From Chitinophagales bacterium (GTDB taxonomy: Bacteria > Bacteroidota > Bacteroidia > Chitinophagales > CAIOSU01): DNA of 64,000 nt. The number at the start of each line of letters is the position of its first letter. Position 1 is the stretch's first letter. Shown piece after piece: positions 26,424-35,549 of the stretch. A model generated the notes under the pieces. That model was not told the origin of the DNA. It made no database searches and saw nothing but the letters and a program-made list of their open reading frames with translations. The translations under genes and the position numbers were made by a program. The stretch spans positions 2,807 through 66,806 of the forward strand of contig JAWXCB010000066.1 of the NCBI GenBank assembly GCA_034440455.1, in the 5' to 3' direction.

Positions 26424-26776
26424 TGCTCCAGTTTGTTGCTGATAAAGGTGTTGACGCGCCAATTGTGCATGTCTTGGGAGGTGCGGGGTATAATGTTCTT
26501 TACATCGCAGAAGAAGCCCCAAAGACAGGCGATGATAAAGTTCTTCTCATGGCAAACGACCAGCAACGTATCTTAATCACTCTTGATAAGGATTTCGGTG
26601 AGTTGGTTTATAGGTTGCATCAATCACATACAGGGGTTATGCAGGTGAGATTAGGCGGATTCAAGCCGAAACGTAAAGCTGAGATTGTGTTGGAAGCGGT
26701 TAAAAAGCATGAAGAAAAGTTGATTGATGCTTTCACTGTAATTCATAAAGGAATAATTAAGCTAAGAAACAGGTGA
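26423..26776 (+). CDS. DUF5615-family PIN-like protein (toxin-like partner of DUF433)
   Basis: FVADKGVD...GYNVLYI...DDKVLLMANDQQRILITLDKDFGELV pattern. ATG 26423 shares one base with the upstream TGA. The ORF track starts at TTG 26420. Confidence 0.7.
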   Translation: MLQFVADKGVDAPIVHVLGGAGYNVLYIAEEAPKTGDDKVLLMANDQQRILITLDKDFGELVYRLHQSHTGVMQVRLGGFKPKRKAEIVLEAVKKHEEKLIDAFTVIHKGIIKLRNR

Positions 26777-28029
26777 ATTCAATTAAACTCATTCCGATTG
26801 AGCAAATCCGAAAAGCGCATGAGCGGCTGTGCAAAATTGTAACGCGCACCCCGCTCGTGTACAGTGCGAATCTCTCGCAAGAGTATGGATGCAATGTTTA
26901 TCTGAAACGCGAGGATTTACAGGTGGTACGCTCTTACAAATTGCGTGGCGCTTACAACAAAATTTCAACCTTACCGAAAGAAGTAACTGCAAAAGGTGTG
27001 GTGTGTGCAAGCGCAGGTAATCATGCGCAGGGCGTTGCATACTCGTGCAACGCGCTCGGCATTCACGGAAAGATTTACATGCCGAATCCCACCACCAAAC
27101 AGAAAGTGGACAAGGTGAAGATGTTCGGGAAAGAATTTGTCGAAGTGATTCTCACGGGCGATACCTACGATGATGCGTATCGCGAAGCAATGGAGGATTG
27201 CAATCGCAATGGCAAAACATTCATCCATCCTTTTGAGGATGAAAAAGTGATGGAAGGGCAGGGCACCGTTGGCTTAGAAATTCTCGAAGACATCCAGGTG
27301 CCGATTGATTATTTGTTTGTGCCGATTGGCGGGGGAGGCTTGGCATCGGGAACAGGAAGTTGTTTCAAACAATTAAGCCCTGATACAAAAATCATCGGGG
27401 TGGAACCGGCAGGCGCGCCTGCAATGGAGAAATCGCTGAAGCTGGGCAACGTGGTAACGCTCGAGGAGATTGATAGCTTCGTAGATGGCGCAGCAGTAAA
27501 GAGAGTAGGGGAGAAGACATTTGAAATCTGTAAAGAAGTGCTGGATGATATGGTGCTTGTTCCTGAGGGAAAAGTTTGCACAATTATCTTGCGTCTGTAT
27601 AACGAAGAAGGAATTGTGGTAGAGCCGGCTGGCGCGCTCACTGTCAGTGCGCTGGGTTTTTGCAAAGAAAAAATAAAAGGGAAGAATGTAGTGTGCGTGG
27701 TGAGCGGTGGCAACAACGACATCATGCGTACTGCTGAAATCAAAGAGCGCTCGATGCTCTATGAAGGCTTGAAGCATTACTTCATTATCCGCTTTCCGCA
27801 ACGTGCGGGCGCATTGCGTGAGTTTTTAAATCATGTGCTCAGTCCAACAGACGACATCTGCCATTTTGAATACACCAAAAAGAACAGCCGTGAAAACGGT
27901 CCCGCTTTAATCGGCATTGAATTGGTAAAGCGCGATGACTATGACGGATTGATTGAGCGAATGAAAAAGTATCACATCAATTTCGAAGAGGTGAACAGTA
28001 ACCCGAATCTGTTTAATTATTTTGTGTAG
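26773..28029 (+). CDS. ilvA: threonine ammonia-lyase (threonine dehydratase)
   Basis: 418 aa. PLP-lysine motif VVRSYKLRGAYN, SGGNND, and a C-terminal ACT-like regulatory domain. The GTG start overlaps the upstream stop (GTGA). Confidence 0.9.
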   Translation: MNSIKLIPIEQIRKAHERLCKIVTRTPLVYSANLSQEYGCNVYLKREDLQVVRSYKLRGAYNKISTLPKEVTAKGVVCASAGNHAQGVAYSCNALGIHGKIYMPNPTTKQKVDKVKMFGKEFVEVILTGDTYDDAYREAMEDCNRNGKTFIHPFEDEKVMEGQGTVGLEILEDIQVPIDYLFVPIGGGGLASGTGSCFKQLSPDTKIIGVEPAGAPAMEKSLKLGNVVTLEEIDSFVDGAAVKRVGEKTFEICKEVLDDMVLVPEGKVCTIILRLYNEEGIVVEPAGALTVSALGFCKEKIKGKNVVCVVSGGNNDIMRTAEIKERSMLYEGLKHYFIIRFPQRAGALREFLNHVLSPTDDICHFEYTKKNSRENGPALIGIELVKRDDYDGLIERMKKYHINFEEVNSNPNLFNYFV

Positions 28030-28030
28030 C

Positions 28031-28110
28031 ACGATGCTGCACTTGTTCCGGCATCCTCTGATTTTTAGTTGTAATGGCTTCAGGGGTTTGTGGAACAAGT
28101 CCGCAATGAC
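28031..28110. repeat. dual-hairpin element, degenerate copy
   Basis: ...GATGCTGCACTTGTTCCGGCATCCTC, a spacer, then GGGGTTTGTGGAACAAGTCCGCAATGAC. Confidence 0.6.
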
Positions 28111-28119
28111 AAACAAATC

Positions 28120-29046
28120 CTACGGCTTCATAATCTTTGCATACTTACCGCTGTTCACAGGGTCGCATTTGTAGAGCAACTGCACTGCGTTTGCTTTCTC
28201 ATTTGGTGGCGCAGCGGCAAAAATATTAATCAGCTCTTCTGACTTTGCATTGAAAATAAGCCGGATAAAAGGGGAATTGGGGTATTCCGCTGCAACTTCA
28301 CCAATCTGGCGCAAGCAATTCAACACCACCTGCCTGCCATTGTTCATGTTATCATACATCACATCCATGCCGCTGCGGTGATAGAGATACATGGATTCAC
28401 GAATAGGGCTGAGGCGTGTGTTCAGCAAATTGTCAATTATCCAGTAGCGATTATTCACGTTTTCAAACGGTCGCCAGCCGGGAGCAATATCACTGCTTAA
28501 GTTGCTGGGAATACTATTTACTACTGCTTGCGCTTTTTGATAGTAAGGTGTGCCCGCATTCAGCGAGTAGGTGTCATAATCAAGTCCGATAATGAGATAG
28601 GCATAGTAGGCAAGCATCGCAGTGAGGTTCGAGCGGAAATCATTATCGCTGAACTCCAATTGCTCAAATTCTTTGTATTCAAAAATCCAGTCCTTATCGG
28701 CATAGTTGAAAACTACCGAATTGTAATCGCTGTTAAACACCGGACGCGATGACTGAATGCTCACCTGTGCGCGAAAAATATTTGCGCTCGATTCTTCGGT
28801 AACATTGATAAAGATGCTGCACTCAATTTTTTCTTCCAACTTGAAAACATCACTCGTCCACTTGCGGGTGTTCATGAATTCAAAAATGGCGGTCTCAAGC
28901 GTTTGAAAAACCCTGACATCCGTGGTTTGCAGCTTCTGCGCAATAATCTCCACCGTGCATTTCAATTCCTGAGCGCGAATTGTTGCAGACGAAAATAAAA
29001 ACAGTACAACTGCAAGGAGTTTTAAGGGAAGAAATTTTCGCGTCAA
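28120..29046 (-). CDS. DUF4835-family protein (T9SS-associated, PorD-like)
   Basis: Signal peptide ...LLAVVLFLFSSATIRAQ, then ELKCTVEIIAQKLQTTDVRVFQTLE... The position after coaBC matches the conserved Bacteroidetes synteny. The TTG start at 29046 is preferred because the ORF-track N-terminus (to 29103) translates a stutter repeat. Confidence 0.6.
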   Translation of the reverse strand: MTRKFLPLKLLAVVLFLFSSATIRAQELKCTVEIIAQKLQTTDVRVFQTLETAIFEFMNTRKWTSDVFKLEEKIECSIFINVTEESSANIFRAQVSIQSSRPVFNSDYNSVVFNYADKDWIFEYKEFEQLEFSDNDFRSNLTAMLAYYAYLIIGLDYDTYSLNAGTPYYQKAQAVVNSIPSNLSSDIAPGWRPFENVNNRYWIIDNLLNTRLSPIRESMYLYHRSGMDVMYDNMNNGRQVVLNCLRQIGEVAAEYPNSPFIRLIFNAKSEELINIFAAAPPNEKANAVQLLYKCDPVNSGKYAKIMKP

Positions 29047-29079
29047 CTTCAAACTATAAACTTCAAACTGTAAACTCGC
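29044..29079. repeat. ACTTCAAAC stutter repeat
   Basis: CAACTTCAAACTATAAACTTCAAACTGTAAACTCGC. The same word family occurs at 30314-30401. Confidence 0.55.
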
Positions 29080-29095
29080 AAAGCCCGTGCGCTGA

Positions 29096-30313
29096 TTAAG
29101 CATTCATCATATTTATTACTTCGTCAATAATGTCTCTTGCAACATCGGACTTGCCTTTAAGAGAGTAGGAGTGTTCATCTCCTTTTTTGTTGATGACGGT
29201 GATTTTATTGGTATCAAATCCAAACCCTGCGCCTTTGTCGCGTAACGAGTTCAGCACAATCATGTCGAGGTTTTTCTTTTTCAGTTTGGCGCGGGCGTTG
29301 TTCAGTTCATCTTCTGTTTCAAGCGCGAAGCCGACTAAAAACTGTTTCTTGGTTTTCTTCTTTCCTAAGCTTTCCAAAATGTCAGGATTTTTCACCAATT
29401 GGATAAGCAGAGAATCATCAGCCTTTTTGATTTTTTGATTGGATACCGAAACAGGTCTGTAATCCGAAACTGCCCCTGCAAGAATCGCCACGTCTGCTTT
29501 TGGAAATGCCTTCACCGAAGCGTCATACATTTCCTGCGCTGTGGTAACGGGAATAATTTTAATTCCTTTCACTTGTGGGTTGAATGATGTAGGACCTTTC
29601 ACCACCGTAACCTGCGCGCCCAATGCGGCTAAACCTTCGGCAAGCGCAAGCCCCATTTTTCCGGTGGAGTGATTGCTGATAAAACGAACAGGGTCAATTG
29701 GCTCAACGGTGGGACCAGCGGTAATTAATATCTGTTTGCCTACAATTTTTTTATAGGTGTCCTCTCTTTTTTTTTGAACTGCAAAATGCTTCTCAAGCCA
29801 GTCGAAAATTTCTTCCGGCTCTGCCATTCTTCCCTCGCCCACTAAGCCGCTTGCCAACTCACCGGCATTCACGGAGATTACTTCATTTCCGAATCGCTTC
29901 AGCGCATTCAAATTATATTGCGTTGCAGGATGCTTCCACATGTCTAAGTCCATTGCGGGAGCAAGCAGGACTAAACACTTTGCTGACAGATAAGTGGCAG
30001 CGAGCAGGTTATCGCACATCCCTGAAGCCAGCTTGGCAATGGTGTTTGCTGAAGCGGGCGCAATCAGAAAAACATCAGCCCACAAACCAAGCTCTACATG
30101 ACTGTTCCAGGTTTTGTCATCGCGGGTGAAAGAAGTAAGCACCGGGTTTTTTGAAAGCGTGGAGAAGGTAAGCGGGTCAACGAAATCATGAGCCGATTGC
30201 GTCATCACCACCTTCACTTCCGCGCCTGCCTTCACCAGCAACCGCACGAGAAAAGCGCTTTTGTATGCGGCAATGCTGCCACATACGCCTAAGAGTATTT
30301 TCTTTCCTTTCAT
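29096..30313 (-). CDS. coaBC: bifunctional phosphopantothenoylcysteine decarboxylase / phosphopantothenate-cysteine ligase
   Basis: 405 aa. Flavoprotein N-domain (ILLGVCGSIAAYK, PAMD..MW) and CoaB C-domain (ITAGPT.EPIDPVRFISNHSTGKMG). Confidence 0.92.
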   Translation of the reverse strand: MKGKKILLGVCGSIAAYKSAFLVRLLVKAGAEVKVVMTQSAHDFVDPLTFSTLSKNPVLTSFTRDDKTWNSHVELGLWADVFLIAPASANTIAKLASGMCDNLLAATYLSAKCLVLLAPAMDLDMWKHPATQYNLNALKRFGNEVISVNAGELASGLVGEGRMAEPEEIFDWLEKHFAVQKKREDTYKKIVGKQILITAGPTVEPIDPVRFISNHSTGKMGLALAEGLAALGAQVTVVKGPTSFNPQVKGIKIIPVTTAQEMYDASVKAFPKADVAILAGAVSDYRPVSVSNQKIKKADDSLLIQLVKNPDILESLGKKKTKKQFLVGFALETEDELNNARAKLKKKNLDMIVLNSLRDKGAGFGFDTNKITVINKKGDEHSYSLKGKSDVARDIIDEVINMMNA

Positions 30314-30401
30314 TGCTCAGTTTGAAGTTTGAAGTCTCAAGTTTGAAGTGAGTTCAAAGTTGCTCTAAAACTTCAAACCTCAAACTTTAACCTCTAAACT
30401 T
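30314..30401. repeat. inverted stutter repeat (GTTTGAAGT / ACTTCAAAC words)
   Basis: AGTTTGAAGTTTGAAGTCTCAAGTTTGAAGTGAG faces CTAAAACTTCAAACCTCAAACTTTAACCTCTAAACT, which gives a long imperfect hairpin between rpoZ and coaBC. Confidence 0.6.
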
Positions 30402-30734
30402 TTACTGTTGGGGTTGTTCGGATTCCGGCTCGCGGAAATAAATATCGCCTTCCAAAAATTCTTTAGTGGCAACGAGCGCGGGATTCGGCATCCTTTCATA
30501 GTGGCGTGAAATTTCAATCTGTTCGCGGTTTTCAAACACTTCTTCCAGATTGTCGCTTGCAGAGGCAAACTCATTCAGCTTTGAATGAAGTTCTTCGCGC
30601 GTCTTGAGATTAATCTGGTTCGCGCGTTTTGACATCACCACTAATGACTTGTAGAGATTTCCGGTCTTGTTGGTGATTTCTTCCAAATCTCTCGTTTCAA
30701 TAAACGAGGATGTTGACGGCACATTCTTTTTCAT
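30402..30734 (-). CDS. rpoZ: DNA-directed RNA polymerase subunit omega (Bacteroidetes type)
   Basis: 110 aa. The NLYKSLVVMSKRANQI segment, and a position between bamD and coaBC as in other Bacteroidetes. Confidence 0.7.
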   Translation of the reverse strand: MKKNVPSTSSFIETRDLEEITNKTGNLYKSLVVMSKRANQINLKTREELHSKLNEFASASDNLEEVFENREQIEISRHYERMPNPALVATKEFLEGDIYFREPESEQPQQ

Positions 30735-30737
30735 ATT

Positions 30738-31577
30738 TCAATTGGGATTTTTAAGTTTTTCAATTTTCTCCATTGCCGAATCGTAAAATTCAGTTACGTC
30801 TTTCAGATACTTGCTTTCTTTATAGCGGTACAAAAATTCATCATAATATTTTCGCGCCTCCTGAAATCGCTCCAACTGTTTTTCGGGAATGCTATTGTTT
30901 GCATAGAGATAATGTGCTTTCACTACGAGAAAAGATGCTTCTTCAGCATACCCTGTATCCGGATATTTTCTAAGCAAATTAGTGAACGCGTTTGCCGCAG
31001 CGCGGTATTGACCTGTTTTCAAATAAAGCTGCGCACTTTTAAAATCTTTCGTTTCTAACTTCTTTCTGAGGTTATCAATCAGGTTATTGCACTCCGGGAT
31101 TTTGGCGCTTTCAGGATAGCTGTTAATGAACAGTTGAAAGTAATCCATCGCTTTCTCGGTGTAGGTTTGATCGAGGTTTGCTTCCGGTGAAAGCATGTAG
31201 TGGCAGTAGGCATTCATGTAAAGACATTCCTCTGCATACGTGCTCAAAGGATAAGAGTCGTAGATATTCTTGAAGTGAAAAGCCGCGATGAGATAGTCGC
31301 CCTGCTGAAAATGACAATCTGCATATTGATAGTAGATGTCGTCAATGCTTTTGGTGCCTTTGTAAATCGGAATCACTTCTTCAAAAAGCGGAATTGCTTT
31401 CATGCAATCGCCCTTCTCGTAAAGTTCCTTCGCTGTGGCGAGTTTCTTGTCCGGGTCGCTTCCCTTCGCAATCTTTTGATAACTGTTGTTGCAGGAAAAG
31501 GAAAGGAAAACGGCAGACATAAATAAAGCGTAAGTACCTGATTTTGACACGGGCTGCAAAGATAAGGAGTTCCGCAT
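30738..31577 (-). CDS. bamD: outer membrane protein assembly factor BamD (TPR lipoprotein)
   Basis: Lipobox FLSFSC, then TPR-like repeats (AKELYEKGDCMKAIPLFE...). Start at M45 of the ORF-track protein; the longer ORF would overlap dapA by about 100 nt. Confidence 0.75.
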   Translation of the reverse strand: MRNSLSLQPVSKSGTYALFMSAVFLSFSCNNSYQKIAKGSDPDKKLATAKELYEKGDCMKAIPLFEEVIPIYKGTKSIDDIYYQYADCHFQQGDYLIAAFHFKNIYDSYPLSTYAEECLYMNAYCHYMLSPEANLDQTYTEKAMDYFQLFINSYPESAKIPECNNLIDNLRKKLETKDFKSAQLYLKTGQYRAAANAFTNLLRKYPDTGYAEEASFLVVKAHYLYANNSIPEKQLERFQEARKYYDEFLYRYKESKYLKDVTEFYDSAMEKIEKLKNPN

Positions 31578-31606
31578 GAACGCCAAATGCAGAAAGTTAT
31601 TCTGTT

Positions 31607-32512
31607 TTATGCCGGAACCTTCGATTTCAGGGCGTTTATCGCCCCCTGCAAATCTTTCCGCAGGCTGTCGGTAGCGGGAGCGAGCGGCATCCGCACCTCT
31701 GAGCCACATACGCCCAGAATTTCGAGCGCGGCTTTGATGCCCGCAGGGTTTCCTTCGCGGAAAATTAACGACATGACTTCAAGCAGTTTGTAGTGTAGTT
31801 TTCTGCCGCGCACCACATCATAGTTTAACGCTGCGCGCACCATCTCGCTGAACTCTTTCGGGAAGGCATTTGCCACCACTGAAATCACGCCATCGCAGCC
31901 GAGGAAAACGAGCGGAAACGTGATGGCATCATCGCCTGATATTACGCAGAAATCCTGCTGCTTATCGCGGAGAATCGTCATCACCTGCTGAAAATCGCCT
32001 GATGCTTCTTTGATACCGATAATGTTTTTGGAGTCTTTTGCCAAGCGCAAAGTAGTAGCTGCCAGAATATTTGATGCAGTACGACTCGGCACGTTGTAAA
32101 GAATCACAGGCACGGGCGAAGCATCCGCAATTGCGCGGTAGTGCCTGTAAATTCCTTCCTGCGTAGGTTTGTTATAGTAAGGACTTACTGATAATACTGC
32201 GTCAATTCCCCTGAGTTCGGTGTATTTCAGGGTATCAATAATCTCAGCAGTGTTGTTTCCACCAAAGCCTGCCACCAAAGGCACACGACCCTTCACGGCT
32301 TCAACGGTAAATTCAAGCACCTTGCTCTTTTCTTCTTTAGTTAGCGTCACCGACTCGCCCGTGGTGCCGAGTGTAACTAAATATTCCACCTTGCCCTTGA
32401 TGGTATGGTCAATCACGCGCTTCAGCCCGACATAATCCACCGAGCCATTTTCTTTGAAAGGCGTTACGAGCGCCACCCCTGTTCCTCTGAATTTACGCAG
32501 CATATTTTTCAC
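31607..32512 (-). CDS. dapA: 4-hydroxy-tetrahydrodipicolinate synthase
   Basis: 301 aa. GTGVALVTPF, LGTTGES and GIKEASGD (Schiff-base Lys) motifs. Confidence 0.92.
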   Translation of the reverse strand: MKNMLRKFRGTGVALVTPFKENGSVDYVGLKRVIDHTIKGKVEYLVTLGTTGESVTLTKEEKSKVLEFTVEAVKGRVPLVAGFGGNNTAEIIDTLKYTELRGIDAVLSVSPYYNKPTQEGIYRHYRAIADASPVPVILYNVPSRTASNILAATTLRLAKDSKNIIGIKEASGDFQQVMTILRDKQQDFCVISGDDAITFPLVFLGCDGVISVVANAFPKEFSEMVRAALNYDVVRGRKLHYKLLEVMSLIFREGNPAGIKAALEILGVCGSEVRMPLAPATDSLRKDLQGAINALKSKVPA

Positions 32513-32685
32513 TGAATTATTTTCTGAAATGAGTGCGCTAAGTTAAGGTGAGTTAGAGAGAAGAACAAAGCAGTTTGCGGCAGAGAGAATGTGGAGTATT
32601 ACCTTTATAGCAGCGCGAGAGATTACTGCGGAAGGAAAGCGTTAATAAAAAAAGGTACTCCACGACCTGTTTCCTTATTGTACCT

Positions 32686-32944
32686 TGTGCTGAGGCACTT
32701 CGATTTCGTCCATCTTTTTTTGCCAAGCCTTACCACAGTTGGGAGCGGGGGAATCAATGAAAACTATAACAGGCTGCTCAGACAATATTTTCCTAAAAAA
32801 ACATCCTTTGAAAATATTACTGAGAAAGAATTGAAAGCGGTGCAGGACAAACTCAACCACCGTGTAAGAAAACGATTAGGCTTTCTGTCGCCTATTCAAT
32901 ATCTTCATTCCCTTTTACTCACCAAAGTTGCATTTGCAACTTGA
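32686..32944 (+). mobile_element. IS30-family transposase 3' remnant (5'-truncated, frameshifted)
   Basis: Two frames read ..AEALRFRPSFFAKPYHSWERG and INENYNRLLRQYFPKKTSFENITEKELKAVQDKLNHRVRKRLGFLSPIQY...KVAFAT*. This is the conserved C-terminal third of IS30 DDE transposases. The frames join if one G is removed from GGGGG at 32747-32751. The DDE N-terminal two-thirds are absent. Confidence 0.65.
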
Positions 32945-33055
32945 ATTTTAGATACAATTCATCACAAGATTACGTTAAGGCTTGCGTCTGCCTTTATTGA
33001 AGTGACGAAACTCTGCTAATTTTATTTCAATAAATTTCAACAGACCTTCCTGCTA

Positions 33056-34027
33056 ATGAGAAAAACTCTTTCTCTGTTTTTTTTATTTTTAGTTTATCAA
33101 TTTTCTGCTGCGCAAAACTCGCCTGTCCTTTCACATTTCATGTTTTTTAAGCAACAGGTAAATCCTGCATCGGTTGGAAGTGAAGACGCTTTGGATATTG
33201 CCGCAGTATATCGTGCACAATGGGTAGGGATTAGTGGAAACCCAACCGTTCAGGCGTTGTCCGTTCAGTCTCCGCTTAATGTGCTTAATTCCAGCGCGGG
33301 TCTTATTGTCATTAATGAAATGCAAGGCGAGGAACGCTATACGTCTGCAATGCTTTCGTATGCGTATCGCCATTCGTTTAAAAAAATCAGTTTAGCAGGA
33401 GGTGTAAGCGCAGGCATTTTTCAGAGAGCGATTGATGGAAGTAAATTGAGGTCACCTGAGGGCAATTATGCAGATGGAGGAATTAACCATGGAGATGATT
33501 TTATTCCTGATAAATTATCAAGCGCTGTTGCTGCTGATTTGAATGTAGGTATTTATTTAAGTTCAAGAAAACTATATGCTGGTATCTCGGCAAATAATGT
33601 TTTAGAAAGCAACGTGAAATTAGTTGGGCAAGGATTGCAAACGGAGATTGAAAATCCCCGCTATTACACGGCTGTGGCGGGTTACAGGATAAAAGTGGGA
33701 AAGAAACTAAACCTTATTCCAAACGTATCATTGCGCACTGATTTTATCAACACCCAGGCTGAAGTCAATACAATTTTACAATTCAAAGACAATATCTACG
33801 GGGGCATGTCGTTTAGAGGGTTTGCACCAAACTTAAAAGATGCAGTTGTGTTGATGGCAGGTTTCAAAATATTTAAGAACTTGAGAGTGGGATATAGTTA
33901 TGATATAGCGCTTTCATCGTTGAATGAAGTCAACAGCGGTTCCCATGAAGTTTATTTGCGCTACGCGATAAATATCAAGGAACTTATGAATCCGGGTAAA
34001 ATAATTTACAACCCGAGAAATTTGTAG
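33056..34027 (+). CDS. PorP/SprF-family T9SS membrane protein
   Basis: 323 aa. Signal peptide, then the SHFMFFKQQVNPASVGS...YRAQWVGISGNP pattern. It lies directly upstream of gldK. Confidence 0.8.
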   Translation: MRKTLSLFFLFLVYQFSAAQNSPVLSHFMFFKQQVNPASVGSEDALDIAAVYRAQWVGISGNPTVQALSVQSPLNVLNSSAGLIVINEMQGEERYTSAMLSYAYRHSFKKISLAGGVSAGIFQRAIDGSKLRSPEGNYADGGINHGDDFIPDKLSSAVAADLNVGIYLSSRKLYAGISANNVLESNVKLVGQGLQTEIENPRYYTAVAGYRIKVGKKLNLIPNVSLRTDFINTQAEVNTILQFKDNIYGGMSFRGFAPNLKDAVVLMAGFKIFKNLRVGYSYDIALSSLNEVNSGSHEVYLRYAINIKELMNPGKIIYNPRNL

Positions 34028-34189
34028 GCAGGTAAATTGTTTGGAAAATATTATTTTGGCGGGCGACTATGTTGATTGTGGAAGGTGTTGGAAATAAAGG
34101 GGAGAAGATTTTTTTGTTTTTTGCCAAAACGTGTATATTTACACGCCTTATCAGGGGCGTTTACCTTTAAGTTTAAAACAAACATTAGA

Positions 34190-35467
34190 ATGAAAAGGAA
34201 TCTCGTAATCTTATCAGCAATTACAGCGCTGTTTCTTACAGGCTGTAGCAGCGGTTACAACGGACAACTCATCGGAACGCAAGACCGTCCAGGTTGGACA
34301 AATGTTATTCCATTTGGAATGATTTATGTTCCATCCGGCACATTGCATATCGGTCCCAGCGATCAGGATGTGAATAACTCCATGATTCAAAGAAGCAAAT
34401 CTATTTCGATTCAGGGCTTCTATATGGATGACACAGAAATTACTAACAACGAGTATCGCCAGTTTGTGAACTGGGTAAGAGACTCTATTACTGCAAAAAC
34501 AATCGGAGAAGATTATCTCTTGTCTGACGAAAATGATGACGGCAGTGTTGACGAAGGAAGGATTGATTGGGAAAGAATGCAAAATTTTGATTATGCTGAT
34601 GAGGAAAATGCGGAAACAATTGAAGACATGTATTATGCGGAGAACGAAAGATTGATGGGTAAAAAAGAGTTTGATGTCAGCAAGTTCACGTATGAGTATT
34701 ACTGGGTGGACATCAAAGAAGCGGCTAAAGTTTCAAATAGAGGAAAGCCAAGAAGCGAATTTTTCAAGAAAGCCAGCGTGAATGCCTATCCCGATACGCT
34801 CGTTTGGGTGAGGGATTTCTCTTACTCTTATAATGAGCCGATGACGAGAAATTACTTTTGGCATCCTGCATTTGATGATTATCCAGTTGTAGGTGTTACT
34901 TGGGATCAGGCAAACGCTTTCAGCGCGTGGAGAACAAGATTTTGGGATGATTATAGAACCCAAAAAGGAGAAGTTATCAATGATCCATTCAGACTGCCGA
35001 CAGAACAAGAATGGGAATATGCTGCAAGGGGTGGAAAGAAGTTGGCTCCTTATCCGTGGGGAGGTCCTTACTTAAGAAATACAAAAGGGTGTTTGTTGGC
35101 AAACTTCAAACCTGGTAGAGGAAATTATCCTGAGGATGGTGGATTCTACACTGTTAGAGCCGATGCTTATTGGCCCAATGATTATGGTCTTTACTGCATG
35201 GCAGGAAATGTTTCAGAATGGACATCTACGGCTTTTTATGAAAATGCCTATGCATTCGTGCATGATTTAAACCCTGATATCAGATATGATGCAGACGAGA
35301 ATGACCCGATTACAATGAAGAGAAAAGTAATCAGAGGCGGCTCATGGAAAGATATCGGATATTATCTGCAAACGGGAGCGAGGCACTGGGAATATCAGGA
35401 CTCTGCGAAATCCTATGTTGGGTTCAGAAACGTACTTACCTTCCTCGGAAGATCATTTAATGATTAA
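34190..35467 (+). CDS. gldK: gliding motility/T9SS lipoprotein GldK (FGE-sulfatase/SUMF1 fold)
   Basis: Lipobox LFLTGCSSG and FGE-like segments (RGGSW, GFR). First gene of the gldKLMN order. ATG 34190. Confidence 0.85.
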   Translation: MKRNLVILSAITALFLTGCSSGYNGQLIGTQDRPGWTNVIPFGMIYVPSGTLHIGPSDQDVNNSMIQRSKSISIQGFYMDDTEITNNEYRQFVNWVRDSITAKTIGEDYLLSDENDDGSVDEGRIDWERMQNFDYADEENAETIEDMYYAENERLMGKKEFDVSKFTYEYYWVDIKEAAKVSNRGKPRSEFFKKASVNAYPDTLVWVRDFSYSYNEPMTRNYFWHPAFDDYPVVGVTWDQANAFSAWRTRFWDDYRTQKGEVINDPFRLPTEQEWEYAARGGKKLAPYPWGGPYLRNTKGCLLANFKPGRGNYPEDGGFYTVRADAYWPNDYGLYCMAGNVSEWTSTAFYENAYAFVHDLNPDIRYDADENDPITMKRKVIRGGSWKDIGYYLQTGARHWEYQDSAKSYVGFRNVLTFLGRSFND

Positions 35468-35549
35468 TGAATTGGTAAGTTTTTTTATTTCAATCAGATA
35501 TTGTACTTCATTTTAACCTTTAAATAAAATTTAAAACACAATACTAATT

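Noticed and set aside
31578-31709. 44-codon N-terminal extension of the bamD ORF
   Set aside because: It would overlap dapA by about 100 nt. The internal Met is followed by a proper lipoprotein signal (FLSFSC).
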